From NCBI GenBank assembly GCA_035302925.1, contig DATGSG010000123.1:11655-75654 (forward strand): 64,000 bases of DNA, given 5' to 3'. The notes beneath the pieces are model-generated. The model saw nothing but the letters and a program-made list of their open reading frames with translations, had not been told where the DNA came from and searched no databases. Position numbers and translations under genes: made by a program. The stretch's first letter is position 1; every line of letters begins with the position of its first letter. Of this stretch, positions 11,310 to 21,667 are shown piece after piece. Source of the DNA: Virgibacillus sp. GTDB taxonomy: Bacteria > Bacillota > Bacilli > Bacillales > Amphibacillaceae.

Positions 11310-13607
11310 TTATTCCTGTTTTTCTTGCTTTTGCTTCTTATCTTTATTCTTATCTTTTTTCTTATCCTTCTTTTTATCTTTTTTCTTATCTTTCTTCTCA
11401 GACTCACTAAATTCAACTACTGGTTTTAATTCAACCTTAAGGGTGTCATTTGCCTTCGTTTTCTTTCCCTTTTCGATACTTTGCGAGTCGACATAGCCTG
11501 TCCCGCTAAAATCGACATTCAAATCAAGTAATTCTCCTAACTGAAGAACTTCTCTTAGTGACCACCCCTTGATTTCAGGCATGACTGACTTATCTGTTAG
11601 TAAAATTAAACGATCATGAGCAAGAAGTTCATCGCCTTCTTTAGCATTAGCATCGACAATCGTCTTGCCTTTACCAATGACCGTTACTTTAAACCCTTCT
11701 TCTGTCAACTTCTTTTTTGTTGTCGTTGTCTTCGTATCTACAAGAGCGGGAACCTTATAGGACTCTATTGGTTCTGCAACATTCTTATCTGATTCGATAT
11801 CTAAGTAATGTAAACTGTTTTCCATTACACTTTTAAATATATATGAAACAGGCGCTGATCCTTGCTCACCGTCGGCTAAGGTAGGTTGATTTACAGAGAC
11901 ATACATAATGAGTTCAGGATCATCTTTTGGCGACATTCCTAAAAATGAAAATATATTTGTACTTCCCCCTCCTAAATAGCCATCCCCTTCTGGATCAGGT
12001 ATTTCCGCTGTGCCTGTTTTCCCAATTACGGTATAATCATCCAGTTTATATGGTTTTCCGGTTCCATTTTTTGAATTAACAACAGAATCGAGTAACCCCA
12101 ATACTTGATCAGCTGTCTCTTTAGAAATCGGTTCACCAACTACTTTAGGTGATTTTTCCTCAATTACTTTATCTGTATCTGGATCAACAATCTTATCAAT
12201 CACATATGGTTCAAGCATTTTCCCATCATTTGTTATCGCTGACGCTGCTTTGATTTGCTGGATAGGTGTCATGGTACTTCCTTGTCCAAAGCCAGTCGTG
12301 ATTTTTTCCATGGGCCAATTATATAGGATTTGACCTGCCACTTCTCCCGGTAAATCAATATTCGTCTTTTTGTCGAAATCAAAGGCCTTTAAATAGGTTA
12401 AGTATTTTTCAGTCCCCAATATTTCCCAGACAATTTTTGATGCGGCCACATTCGATGAGCGGGCAAAACCTTCATCATAAGTAATGGTTCCCCAGCCTTC
12501 GCCACCATTGTGATCATTCACAGTATCCATTCTTTCATTTACTCGATATTTGCCTGACTTAAACCCTTTTTCGCCATCATACACACCCGCATCAATCGCT
12601 GCTGCCCAAGTAAACATTTTTACCGTTGAACCTGGTTCATAAGGTGTAGATATAACATCATTATACCAATTCTTCACACCTTTAGGTTGATTTGGATTGT
12701 AACTAGGACGATTACTCATTGCGATGATCTCGCCCGTTTTTGCATTCATTATAATAGCAGAAATTCGTTCAGGCTCATAATCCTCTACTACTTCATTCAT
12801 AACTTCTTCCAACAATGTCTGTACTTTTTGATCAATGGTTAAGTAAATATCATTTCCGTTAACAGGTTCTTTAATGATTTCATTTGGGTCCAATAACTTT
12901 CGGTTATATTTATCGCGTTCGAAAGAAATAGATCCATCTTCCCCCATTAATTGTTCATTCATTTCTTTCTCGATTCCCGCAATCCCGGTAATTTCTTCCA
13001 CACTTGTTTGGTTTTCCTTCTTCTCTTCCTCTTTGATCTCTTCTTTTCGAGTATAGCCTAAAATATGAGACGCAAACATGCCGTTTGGATAGAAACGGAT
13101 TGATTCCTCTGAGAAGTTAATTCCAGGTATATTTAATTTTGCGATTTCATCTCTTTTTTCTTGTGATAGTTCTTTTCCTGCAGTCCCAAATTCAACTTGG
13201 AAGTTTTCGTTCTTAATTCCTTTTTTCAATCGTTCAAGCACGAAACTTTTATCCAAATCTAATAAGGGCGCCAGTTTTTCGGCTGTTTTCTCGGGATCCT
13301 TCACATGTTTCAATCCATCTTCATTTTCTCCTGTAAATGATTCATCCACAATGGCATATACCCGATAGGCTGCCCGGTCATATGCAAGGACCATCCCTTG
13401 ATCGTCTAAGATTTTTCCTCTTTCAGACTCTAAGTAATACTTAGCCGTTCTTTTTTGTTTTGCCCATTCGGCTAGGGAGACACCATTGACTTCGCCTGAA
13501 ACTTGAATATATAAAAAGCGTCCAATAATAATTAAAAAAGCACCTACAAAAGCAACCATTAAAACTCCTGCCATTGCATGAGTCTTTTTATTTTTACCTT
13601 TCTCCAT
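11310..13607 (-). CDS. pbpB: Septal class B PBP (PBP2B)
   Basis: STVK, SSN, KTGT motifs, PASTA-like repeats; follows ftsL. Confidence 0.93.
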   Translation of the reverse strand: MEKGKNKKTHAMAGVLMVAFVGAFLIIIGRFLYIQVSGEVNGVSLAEWAKQKRTAKYYLESERGKILDDQGMVLAYDRAAYRVYAIVDESFTGENEDGLKHVKDPEKTAEKLAPLLDLDKSFVLERLKKGIKNENFQVEFGTAGKELSQEKRDEIAKLNIPGINFSEESIRFYPNGMFASHILGYTRKEEIKEEEKKENQTSVEEITGIAGIEKEMNEQLMGEDGSISFERDKYNRKLLDPNEIIKEPVNGNDIYLTIDQKVQTLLEEVMNEVVEDYEPERISAIIMNAKTGEIIAMSNRPSYNPNQPKGVKNWYNDVISTPYEPGSTVKMFTWAAAIDAGVYDGEKGFKSGKYRVNERMDTVNDHNGGEGWGTITYDEGFARSSNVAASKIVWEILGTEKYLTYLKAFDFDKKTNIDLPGEVAGQILYNWPMEKITTGFGQGSTMTPIQQIKAASAITNDGKMLEPYVIDKIVDPDTDKVIEEKSPKVVGEPISKETADQVLGLLDSVVNSKNGTGKPYKLDDYTVIGKTGTAEIPDPEGDGYLGGGSTNIFSFLGMSPKDDPELIMYVSVNQPTLADGEQGSAPVSYIFKSVMENSLHYLDIESDKNVAEPIESYKVPALVDTKTTTTKKKLTEEGFKVTVIGKGKTIVDANAKEGDELLAHDRLILLTDKSVMPEIKGWSLREVLQLGELLDLNVDFSGTGYVDSQSIEKGKKTKANDTLKVELKPVVEFSESEKKDKKKDKKKDKKKDKNKDKKQKQEKQE

Positions 13608-13622
13608 ATGCAATCACCTTAG

Positions 13623-13985
13623 TTAGTTGTTATTAATCTGTTTTACTTCTGCATTTTGTGTTTTAAGCCCATGTTCTGACGCAATTTTCGTGATTCGAGT
13701 TGGTCTGCTGAGTCCTTCAATTTCAAATAGCAATACTTCATTTTGAGCTTGTTGATCTGCTACATTTTGTTCGAGCTTTTGTAAATTACTATTTAATGCA
13801 TCTGTTGATGAAGAATAGGAAACAACAAAGAACCCTCCCGCAATTAAGACGGCACCTACAACAGAATATAATACCTTTTCACCCTTTGTGATCCAGCTTT
13901 GCTTACGAACTTTAACCGCAACTTGTTTTTCTTGTACTTGTTCTGTTGTCGTTTGCTTCCATTCTCTTGCATAACTTGTATTCAT
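13623..13985 (-). CDS. ftsL: Cell division protein FtsL
   Basis: ITKGEKVL + TM + coiled coil + LSRPTRI; position. Confidence 0.9.
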   Translation of the reverse strand: MNTSYAREWKQTTTEQVQEKQVAVKVRKQSWITKGEKVLYSVVGAVLIAGGFFVVSYSSSTDALNSNLQKLEQNVADQQAQNEVLLFEIEGLSRPTRITKIASEHGLKTQNAEVKQINNN

Positions 13986-14962
13986 TATTGTTTCCACCCT
14001 TCTCCATAGGTAAATTCTCGCGACCATGTTCGTTCTTTTTCAACGATCCGCAATTTAGCTGACCGTGATCTTCGGTTCAACGCTAACTCTTCTTCACTTG
14101 CGACAATTGGTTTTCTTGTTATTTGTTTAAATGGTGCTTCATGCCCTTCTGGAATAATCGGTAAATTTCGTGGCATGTCTTTCATTGTGCTCCATTTTCT
14201 AAATGCCTGTTTACAAATTCGATCTTCAAGGGAGTGGAAGGTGATGACGACAACCCTTCCTTGCAGGCTAACTACTTCTGCTGCCTGATGTAAAGCTTGA
14301 TTGAAAACAGCTAATTCATCATTGACTGCGATTCGTAATGCCTGAAAGACACGTTTTGCTGGATGTCCTCCCGTTCTACGTGCAGGTGCAGGAATTCCGT
14401 CCTTGATTAATTCAACCAATTGGTGAGTTGTTGAAATATCGTTTAATTTTCGTTCTGCTTCGATTTTTCTAGCTATTTGTTTAGAAAACTTCTCCTCACC
14501 ATATTTAAAGAAGATCCCTACAAGGTCGTTATATGACCAATAATTAACAATTTCAAATGCAGTTAGTTGTTGGGACTGATTCATTCGCATATCTAATTTT
14601 GCATCATTTTGATAACTAAACCCTCGATCTCCTCTGTCTAACTGTGGAGAAGATACACCAAGATCAAATAAAACCCCATCAACATGAGTGATGTCACGTT
14701 TTTCTAATTCTTCTTGAAGGTGTTTAAAGTTTTTATTAACAAAAATAATCTTATCTGCATAAGCGGATAGTTTTTCTTTTGCTGCTTTTAGTGCATCCAT
14801 ATCTTGATCAAATGCAATCAGTTTTCCTTCTTCATTTAGTTGAGAAACAATCTCTAATGAATGTCCACCACCACCAACAGTACAATCAACATATGTACCA
14901 TTTGGCTTAATGGCAAGACCTGCAATTGTTTCATCTTTTAAAACACTTTTATGTTTAAACAT
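13985..14962 (-). CDS. rsmH: 16S rRNA m4C1402 methyltransferase
   Basis: [38 protein letters not shown]. Confidence 0.96.
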   Translation of the reverse strand: MFKHKSVLKDETIAGLAIKPNGTYVDCTVGGGGHSLEIVSQLNEEGKLIAFDQDMDALKAAKEKLSAYADKIIFVNKNFKHLQEELEKRDITHVDGVLFDLGVSSPQLDRGDRGFSYQNDAKLDMRMNQSQQLTAFEIVNYWSYNDLVGIFFKYGEEKFSKQIARKIEAERKLNDISTTHQLVELIKDGIPAPARRTGGHPAKRVFQALRIAVNDELAVFNQALHQAAEVVSLQGRVVVITFHSLEDRICKQAFRKWSTMKDMPRNLPIIPEGHEAPFKQITRKPIVASEEELALNRRSRSAKLRIVEKERTWSREFTYGEGWKQ

Positions 14963-15023
14963 GTATATACCTACTCTTTGATAACATTTTCTTTTCTCAT
15001 AGTTTTTTATAAAACATGGAATA

Positions 15024-15455
15024 TTAAATATCAAAATCCATCAGATTCTCCGCAATATCTGCAAATGACTCTTCAGAATCGTTGAAGTATTCATCCCAAT
15101 TTTCACTTGACCAAAACTCAATTCGATTAGAAACCCCAATTACAACACATTCCTTATTAAGTGAGGCATAGGTTCTCAATGGGGGTGGAATATTAATTCT
15201 TCCCTGTTTATCCACTTCACATTCCACTGCTCCAGAAAAGAAGAAGCGTGTGAACGATCGAGCATCTTTTTTTGTCAAGGGGAGTTTTTTCAGTTTCTCT
15301 TCCATGATGCCCCATTCATCTAGCGGGTACACGAACAAACATTTATCAAGTCCACGGGTTACGATAAATCGTTCTCCAAGTCCTTCACGGAACTTGGCAG
15401 GAACGATGATTCTTCCCTTCATATCGATGTTATGCTGGAATTCCCCCATGAACAT
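15024..15455 (-). CDS. mraZ: Transcriptional regulator MraZ
   Basis: [21 protein letters not shown]; 143 aa. Confidence 0.97.
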   Translation of the reverse strand: MFMGEFQHNIDMKGRIIVPAKFREGLGERFIVTRGLDKCLFVYPLDEWGIMEEKLKKLPLTKKDARSFTRFFFSGAVECEVDKQGRINIPPPLRTYASLNKECVVIGVSNRIEFWSSENWDEYFNDSEESFADIAENLMDFDI

Positions 15456-15487
15456 ATCGTTCGCCCCCCACCTTCATATTTTTATAT

Positions 15488-15514
15488 TACCACATCCCCC
15501 CACATTTCACCACC
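15488..15514 (-). promoter_or_regulatory. MraZ-binding repeats
   Basis: Three GTGG cores at exact 10-bp spacing (CCAC at 15490, 15500, 15510) upstream of mraZ. Confidence 0.8.
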
Positions 15515-15620
15515 CATAATTTAATTTTAATCTCCCTCTTTAGAGTAGCGCGGAATCTTCATTTAGACCTACTCCTTAAAAAGACTGTTTAACAGATCGT
15601 AGTTGGTAGATAGACAGCAC

Positions 15621-15647
15621 AAAAAAACCAACCTTAATTAGATTGGT
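15621..15647 (-). terminator. Probable terminator downstream of bshC
   Basis: ACCAATCT/AGGTTGGT stem followed by T-run on the minus strand. Confidence 0.55.
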
Positions 15648-15785
15648 ACAGCAATGGTGAGTCATCCACCTGAAACGATCGATTGTTTTTTTATGACCCA
15701 CTATTTATTGTACAATACAACTATCTTAAGGTTAGTTTCCATGAACCACTTCCTGGTGGGGAATGGTGGGATATAATTTCCCTTT

Positions 15786-17405
15786 TTAAAACGAGACAAT
15801 ATAATGGTCTTCTTTGAATGAACAGGATTCCTCAGTTAATGTTGTAATAAAGTCCTTGCCATGTCTATTTATCAATGGCAATATGTTCCAAACCCGTTCT
15901 TGTAAACCACCTTTTGGATGGAGTGAATGGGTGATATAATCAAAATCGGCGATTTCCGCAATGAACTTTTCTTTCAATACCTGATTTATTCTATTTTCTA
16001 AATAAGATATGTCCCGTTCTAATAGAGCGAAGTTTTTAGTTGCTAAATCACCCAAATCCGAACGAATTTCTTGAGATACTTTTCTCAATGGACGATGGGC
16101 ATCATCTATTGTTGACCTCAGCTGCTCAAACATGATTTCTATCGGTGGGTTCTGTTGTGCAGCTAACCAATTTCCTTTTAATTCCTCGACTCCATAGTTA
16201 ATAACATGCGTATGATCGATAGCATACTTCTCGATAATTCTTTTTAATTTTTGATCCAAATAGGTGAATGATAATCTCGGGATAATAGGTGGCATTTTTA
16301 TCTGCAATGCTTGAAACGCAGGTTTCAATGCGGCCCAGTAACTGATTTCTCCGCCTCCACCAACAAACGCTAATGATGGAAACAATAACTCCTGCATTAA
16401 TGGCCGTGTCACGACGTTATTACTCAGTCTCTCTGGCGCTGTTTTAGCAATATGAATTATTTCTTCATTTGTTAACTTGATTTCATTTTGCTTTCCTATC
16501 CATTCCCCTGTTTCTGTTCGTGTGAGTAATATCCGTTCCCCTTGATCATCAATAAATAAATGGGCATCATTTTCTTCAACTTCTAGGGATACGGAATAAC
16601 CGGATTGAATTAATTGTTGGTGAGCAGCATACACACCAGAAGAAATAATTGGCTGTTGCTCGATCACCTCAAGGAAATAGCCACTTTCTAACTCCCGTAC
16701 TTTAGGATGTGCAGAATCAATTAACACAACCCCTTCTGTATGGAATAAATCAAAAATTAATCTTGCAAAAAAATCGACATAAGTTGTTGATTTTTCGAAA
16801 TGTTTTTTAACGGATTCATACAGACCTTTTGTATGTTCTGTTTCCGTTAGGTTTTTAAATAGTTGATCAATCCATTTACTTGTTTCATCATGGTTTATTT
16901 CTATATCTGAGATCGCATATTTGCCTGAAATATGCTGATGCAATTTCTGTTTTCTGATCTGTTCGTCTTCGATGAGGTATAGATGATTAATTTCTTCATA
17001 ATCATGATCTTCCCCAGCGATCCAGAAGACTGGAATAACAGGTATTTTTAAAACATCTTCCTGTTCTCTAGCCAGTTGAATAATCGAAATAACCTTATTA
17101 ATCGTGTACATTGGACCCGTCATGATTCCCGCTTGCTGTCCCCCAATAACAACAACACTCTCTTCAGACCTGAATCGCTCAATGTTTTTTAGCGTAGATT
17201 TGGGAGCATCCCACTGCCGATTGATCATATACAGAACATCAGCAAGTTCCTCTCGATTGAATTCCCGTTCTTTTAAATCACTTGCCCTTTGCTCGTATGT
17301 ATAATCTAAAGGATAATCGAAGAAATTCATGATTCTTTCATCTTGATTTCGATAATCTTTAATTAATTTATTTTGTTTTTGAAGTTTGATCGGGTCAATC
17401 TGCAT
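15786..17405 (-). CDS. bshC: Bacillithiol biosynthesis cysteine-adding enzyme
   Basis: GGQQAG, FWIAGEDHD, SNNVVTRP, LQERV; upstream of mraZ. Confidence 0.94.
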   Translation of the reverse strand: MQIDPIKLQKQNKLIKDYRNQDERIMNFFDYPLDYTYEQRASDLKEREFNREELADVLYMINRQWDAPKSTLKNIERFRSEESVVVIGGQQAGIMTGPMYTINKVISIIQLAREQEDVLKIPVIPVFWIAGEDHDYEEINHLYLIEDEQIRKQKLHQHISGKYAISDIEINHDETSKWIDQLFKNLTETEHTKGLYESVKKHFEKSTTYVDFFARLIFDLFHTEGVVLIDSAHPKVRELESGYFLEVIEQQPIISSGVYAAHQQLIQSGYSVSLEVEENDAHLFIDDQGERILLTRTETGEWIGKQNEIKLTNEEIIHIAKTAPERLSNNVVTRPLMQELLFPSLAFVGGGGEISYWAALKPAFQALQIKMPPIIPRLSFTYLDQKLKRIIEKYAIDHTHVINYGVEELKGNWLAAQQNPPIEIMFEQLRSTIDDAHRPLRKVSQEIRSDLGDLATKNFALLERDISYLENRINQVLKEKFIAEIADFDYITHSLHPKGGLQERVWNILPLINRHGKDFITTLTEESCSFKEDHYIVSF

Positions 17406-17504
17406 CAGTATAATACTCCTTTAGCTAATGATATCTTTCCGTATTATACATAATCAACTAAGCTTTTTCATGTAATCTGTTTCATCAAGCAATTTATCCC
17501 TGTT

Positions 17505-17618
17505 AATGAAATTCATATTTCCAAAACCAGCTACATCGAACGGCATGTAGTTAAGGATGGTTCAACGAAACTATATGCTGTATCGGTGTGGCGATAAATA
17601 CGTATTATGAAAATCATT
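17505..17618 (+). repeat. Palindromic intergenic element, copy 1 (114 bp)
   Basis: AATGAAATTCATA...ATTATGAAAATCATT ends; ~23-bp inner stem; GATGGTTCAA loop. Confidence 0.9.
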
Positions 17619-18492
17619 AACAGGAATGGTTCTTAGTTTCCAAAGCCTTTATACTATGGTATACGAATCTTGTATAGGGTGTATCATCTTTTTCTAAGGT
17701 TAATAAATACCCTGAGATTGCCTCGTTCTCCGTTTGTTGCTGATGGTTAATATCAGTTAACATGGAGGAATTGTTTTCCCCAGTAGCTTCAGCAATTCTT
17801 TGTACTCGCGCCCATTGTTCTGAAAAGCTTAAATTTAATAACCGTGTTGTCTCGATACATAATTTTTCCGCTAATTCATAGATGGATTCGTTCATTATAA
17901 TCGCTCGATTTGGAACGCCAAACAAGGCAGTTAAAGGATTAATCACCGCATTGATGACTAATTTCTCTGAAAGTAATAGTTGCCAGTCTGGATGCACCTC
18001 AATAGGAAAATCTGCTAAGGTTAATTGTTTCACTTGATCATATAATTGACTGACATCCCCGTCATATGAAGCAAGCTTAATTACACCTTTTCCAGTATGT
18101 GTAACGAGATGATCACTCTTTCTATAGGCACCATGTTCAATAACACCGACATAAATCGGTTGTTCAATATGCTCAAATAACTTGATATGCCCCATCCCAT
18201 TTTGTAAAAAGATAAAAGGTGATTGGCTATCCACCTTTTGTACGGTAGCAATCACTTCTTCAAGATGATGCTGTTTCACACAAAAAACAAAACAGTCTTC
18301 ATCCTTTATTTCATTTATCAATAAAGAACGAATTGGATAGGATACAGAAGAGTTTGATAACTGTAACCCATATTTATTTAATTGCCGTTTCTGTTCATCT
18401 CTACGCACATAGATCGTTACTTCATGGTGCTTTGCGAAGTATCTACTTATAAGCAAGCCGATCGATCCACCACCAATAACCCCTATTTTCAT
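17617..18492 (-). CDS. panE: 2-dehydropantoate 2-reductase (YlbQ)
   Basis: MKIGVIGGGSIG, QNGMGH, KLVINAVINPLT, SSMLTD. Confidence 0.92.
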   Translation of the reverse strand: MKIGVIGGGSIGLLISRYFAKHHEVTIYVRRDEQKRQLNKYGLQLSNSSVSYPIRSLLINEIKDEDCFVFCVKQHHLEEVIATVQKVDSQSPFIFLQNGMGHIKLFEHIEQPIYVGVIEHGAYRKSDHLVTHTGKGVIKLASYDGDVSQLYDQVKQLTLADFPIEVHPDWQLLLSEKLVINAVINPLTALFGVPNRAIIMNESIYELAEKLCIETTRLLNLSFSEQWARVQRIAEATGENNSSMLTDINHQQQTENEAISGYLLTLEKDDTPYTRFVYHSIKALETKNHSC

Positions 18493-18675
18493 ATGTACTT
18501 TCACCCCATAATATGTAGATAAAATAAAGTATAGCAAACAATCTCACTTATAAATAGTTGTTGATCTGGATTAGGTTGTAGTATTTATCTTACTAACGTT
18601 TCTTTCTAGGCCATTTTATATTATAATGAAACTAGCAGACCATTATTTGATCAGGATAGGGGAAGGTGGATTTTA

Positions 18676-19146
18676 ATGAGTAATATTAAAGTTGAAAAAT
18701 TGCTCCTCAATTATAAAACATTGGAGAATTTTAAACGTTTTATGGAATATGGAAATCAAGAATTATCCATGCTTGATGATTTAAAAGGTAACATCGTAGA
18801 GAATGATAGTGAATCACCTTTTTATGGTATTTATTATGGTGACAATCTAGTTGCTAGAATGAGCCTCTATGAAATTGATAAAAAGTATGATTATTTTTTC
18901 AAGCCAAATCATGATTATTTAGAATTATGGAAACTAGAGGTTTTAGCTGAACATAGAGAAAAAGGGTACGGAAAAGCATTAGTCGATTATGCGAAATCGT
19001 TTAATTTACCTATAAAAACAAATCCCCGAATTAATTCACATGCCTTCTGGGAAAAAATGGGTTTTAGGAAAGCCGATTATGACATGGAACGGGATTTAGG
19101 CGAAAATCCATTAATCTGGTTACCTGAGGGTGTCGAAGAAAAATAA
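18676..19146 (+). CDS. ylbP: GNAT acetyltransferase YlbP
   Basis: NYKTLENFKRF, ELWKLEVL, KGYGKALV; synteny. Confidence 0.85.
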   Translation: MSNIKVEKLLLNYKTLENFKRFMEYGNQELSMLDDLKGNIVENDSESPFYGIYYGDNLVARMSLYEIDKKYDYFFKPNHDYLELWKLEVLAEHREKGYGKALVDYAKSFNLPIKTNPRINSHAFWEKMGFRKADYDMERDLGENPLIWLPEGVEEK

Positions 19147-19307
19147 GTTGTTTTCTACACGTCTAATATAGAGGTGATCTATTTAGTTAATGATTAATAG
19201 ATCGCTTATTCATAAAATAGAGCCATGAATCATTGTACTTAAACATTCATGGCTTATTTGATTATTTCTGTATCATGTCTGAAAACCGTGCTTTATACAT
19301 GATGTTT

Positions 19308-19775
19308 TTACCCCTTTACCCACTTCCACAGCTTCCCCATTTCATTCCAAGCATCATCATACCGGAGTAAAGCTTCTTTTAATTCTTTATTTTCCTCTTC
19401 AAGTTGTTTCACTGTTTCTTCTTCTCGTTCTGTATCTACGTGTTGATCGAACTCTGTAAATTTCATACTTTTTAATAATAATATCGCCCTATCTATCGGA
19501 TCTTCTTGGTGATCTTGTACGACTTGATTGTTCCATGCACTTTCTTGATTCGCAGTTTTTCTAGTTTGCTTCGCGAACTGTATGGCTTCAGCATACTGTT
19601 TACGAATTGTTGCATTCCATCTAAAACCACAGGCAGCAGATGTCCTCGATAGCCTTTTGGCAACCTCTTTAAAAGCCTCAAGCTGTGTTCTTCCTTCCCG
19701 AATATAACGAAGAACGACTTCAGCCAACAATGTATCTTCATCTTTTGTCCATGCATCTTGACGAGTCGTATTCAT
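19308..19775 (-). CDS. gerR: RsfA-family sporulation regulator GerR/YlbO
   Basis: [10 protein letters not shown]...[12 protein letters not shown]. Confidence 0.85.
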   Translation of the reverse strand: MNTTRQDAWTKDEDTLLAEVVLRYIREGRTQLEAFKEVAKRLSRTSAACGFRWNATIRKQYAEAIQFAKQTRKTANQESAWNNQVVQDHQEDPIDRAILLLKSMKFTEFDQHVDTEREEETVKQLEEENKELKEALLRYDDAWNEMGKLWKWVKG

Positions 19776-19865
19776 AACAAACCTCCTTAGACATTTGCTA
19801 TGAATATATGCAATCACTAGGCATGATAGAATAACTATTTTCAGCATAGGACTGATCTTCTAAGA

Positions 19866-20636
19866 TTATTTACGTGCTAAAAACTGCTGAACAGCTTCTT
19901 GATGTTCTTTCGAATCCCAAAGATTAGCGCAATGTCGTACTTCTTCATTCATTTTATCTGATAATGATAGGATTGATAAACTGGCATGATATTGACTTTT
20001 TAAGATTCGCATTTGCTCCAAAGAGCGATTTACATACGGTTTAATGATTTTGTCCATATTCTCCCATTCCTCACGAGGGATGATGTTATGAATCCAACCG
20101 TGATCACGCAAATATGAAGCATCATGAATGTCTGCATGCAACAACCAATGATAAGCAAAACTATTTGGCACCTTTTCATATAAGAGTGTACCCCCGCCCC
20201 AGCCGGGGATAATCCCTAATCTCGTCTGAATAAACCCAAATGTCGATCCTTCTTTCGCTATTCTAAAATCACAAGCCGTGGCAATTTCACAACCTCCGCC
20301 AAGTGCATTGCCATTTAATAAGCAGATTGTCGGTACGGGAAATGAGGCCAGATCAAATAATACTTCTTTCATTCCGTAAAGTAGTGTAAAGGCATCATCT
20401 GGAAGAAGGTCCCCATGAAATTCAATTAAATCACCGCCCGCACAGAACATTTTATCCCCTTCACCTGTAACAACTAAAAATGTACACTCATCTTCACGTG
20501 CTTCTTTTAAACAGGCTTTAAAATCACTCGCCATCTTCTGGTTGATTGCATTTCTTTTATTCGCACGATCAAGCGTAATCACACTGTAACCGTCTTCATG
20601 TTTTGCGTAGTTTACATTACCAGCCACGGTCATCAT
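19866..20636 (-). CDS. Enoyl-CoA hydratase/isomerase family protein
   Basis: FCAGGDL, ALGGGCE, LGIIPGWGG crotonase motifs. Confidence 0.88.
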   Translation of the reverse strand: MMTVAGNVNYAKHEDGYSVITLDRANKRNAINQKMASDFKACLKEAREDECTFLVVTGEGDKMFCAGGDLIEFHGDLLPDDAFTLLYGMKEVLFDLASFPVPTICLLNGNALGGGCEIATACDFRIAKEGSTFGFIQTRLGIIPGWGGGTLLYEKVPNSFAYHWLLHADIHDASYLRDHGWIHNIIPREEWENMDKIIKPYVNRSLEQMRILKSQYHASLSILSLSDKMNEEVRHCANLWDSKEHQEAVQQFLARK

Positions 20637-20664
20637 CTCCCTATTAAATATTTTTTAGCTTATT

Positions 20665-20691
20665 AAAAAACAGACCACTTATAGTGGTCTG
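20665..20691 (-). terminator. Terminator after rpmF
   Basis: CAGACCACT/AGTGGTCTG stem + T-run. Confidence 0.75.
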
Positions 20692-20715
20692 CCTTTTAAC
20701 AATCAAATGTATGAA

Positions 20716-20889
20716 TTACTTACTGATGACTTCTTTGCCATCATATTGTCCACATGATTTACAAACATGGTGTGGTTTAGCTAACTCACCACAATTTGAA
20801 CACTCTACCATTCCTGGTACGTGTAATTTTTTATGAGTACGACGTTGCCTTGTAACCTTTTTAGATGTCTTTCTTTTAGGTACTGCCAT
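20716..20889 (-). CDS. rpmF: 50S ribosomal protein L32 (57 aa; below ORF-track cutoff)
   Basis: Manual translation [57 protein letters not shown]; AAGGAGGTG RBS. Confidence 0.97.
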   Translation of the reverse strand: MAVPKRKTSKKVTRQRRTHKKLHVPGMVECSNCGELAKPHHVCKSCGQYDGKEVISK

Positions 20890-20936
20890 GACCTACACCT
20901 CCTTTAAATACGGAAAGGAAACTTAAAATAGATATC

Positions 20937-21488
20937 TTATTTTTCTTTCTCGTTTTTATCAAGTAATGACTGTAATTTCTGTAACCGTGGATCAATTGAC
21001 TCGTCCTGTTGTTCCTTTTCCTCTTCGTCTTCTTCAAAAGATAACTCCCAGCCGTCCCCTTCATATATTGCGCTTTTGAGGACTTCCTCATCTTCCGTAA
21101 TAACACGAAACGGTATTGCTAATAAAATATTTTCCAATAAACGAGGAGTTAAGTCAAGCACTTCTCCCTCTACTGGATATATTTCATTTTCAATTTCCTC
21201 TTTGCCATAATAAGCTGATGTAGAAAAAACTTCCACCTCATTAATGTCAAAAGGATACGGGACATCAGTTAATGTGCGAGCACATGGTAAAATCATTTCA
21301 CCTGAAATGTTTAAAGTGAAGATAATCTCATCACCATCAATGTCACATTCACCTTGGACACGAACTGGTTTGATTTTGCGAATATCATTTTCCATGGATT
21401 CCAACTCAGTCAAATCAACCACTTTATCAAAAGTTAACGGTCCATTAACGGTATCTCTTTTAATTTGATTTAAGATAAATTTCATCAT
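20937..21488 (-). CDS. ylbN: YceD/DUF177 family protein YlbN
   Basis: LPCARTL, IDPRL; directly upstream of rpmF. Confidence 0.9.
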   Translation of the reverse strand: MMKFILNQIKRDTVNGPLTFDKVVDLTELESMENDIRKIKPVRVQGECDIDGDEIIFTLNISGEMILPCARTLTDVPYPFDINEVEVFSTSAYYGKEEIENEIYPVEGEVLDLTPRLLENILLAIPFRVITEDEEVLKSAIYEGDGWELSFEEDEEEKEQQDESIDPRLQKLQSLLDKNEKEK

Positions 21489-21667
21489 TATCACCTCAAG
21501 GCACCACTCGTTATTTTAAAAGAAAAAGAAGCTTTTGTCAACCTTTTTCTCTTTACGAATCTTTTTTTATGAATCTCTACAATAAAGTAATCGATATGAT
21601 ATGGATTGAATTTTTGCTACAATAATGATTACGATATAATCCGAAACTTTAAATAGGAGATGTTTCT

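Noticed and set aside
11299-11496. FLSF-repeat ORF and the GAATGAATTTTAT near-match to the element end at ~11301
   Set aside because: The ORF is the antisense of the pbpB KKDK tail. The near-match lacks the palindromic core and has no partner end.
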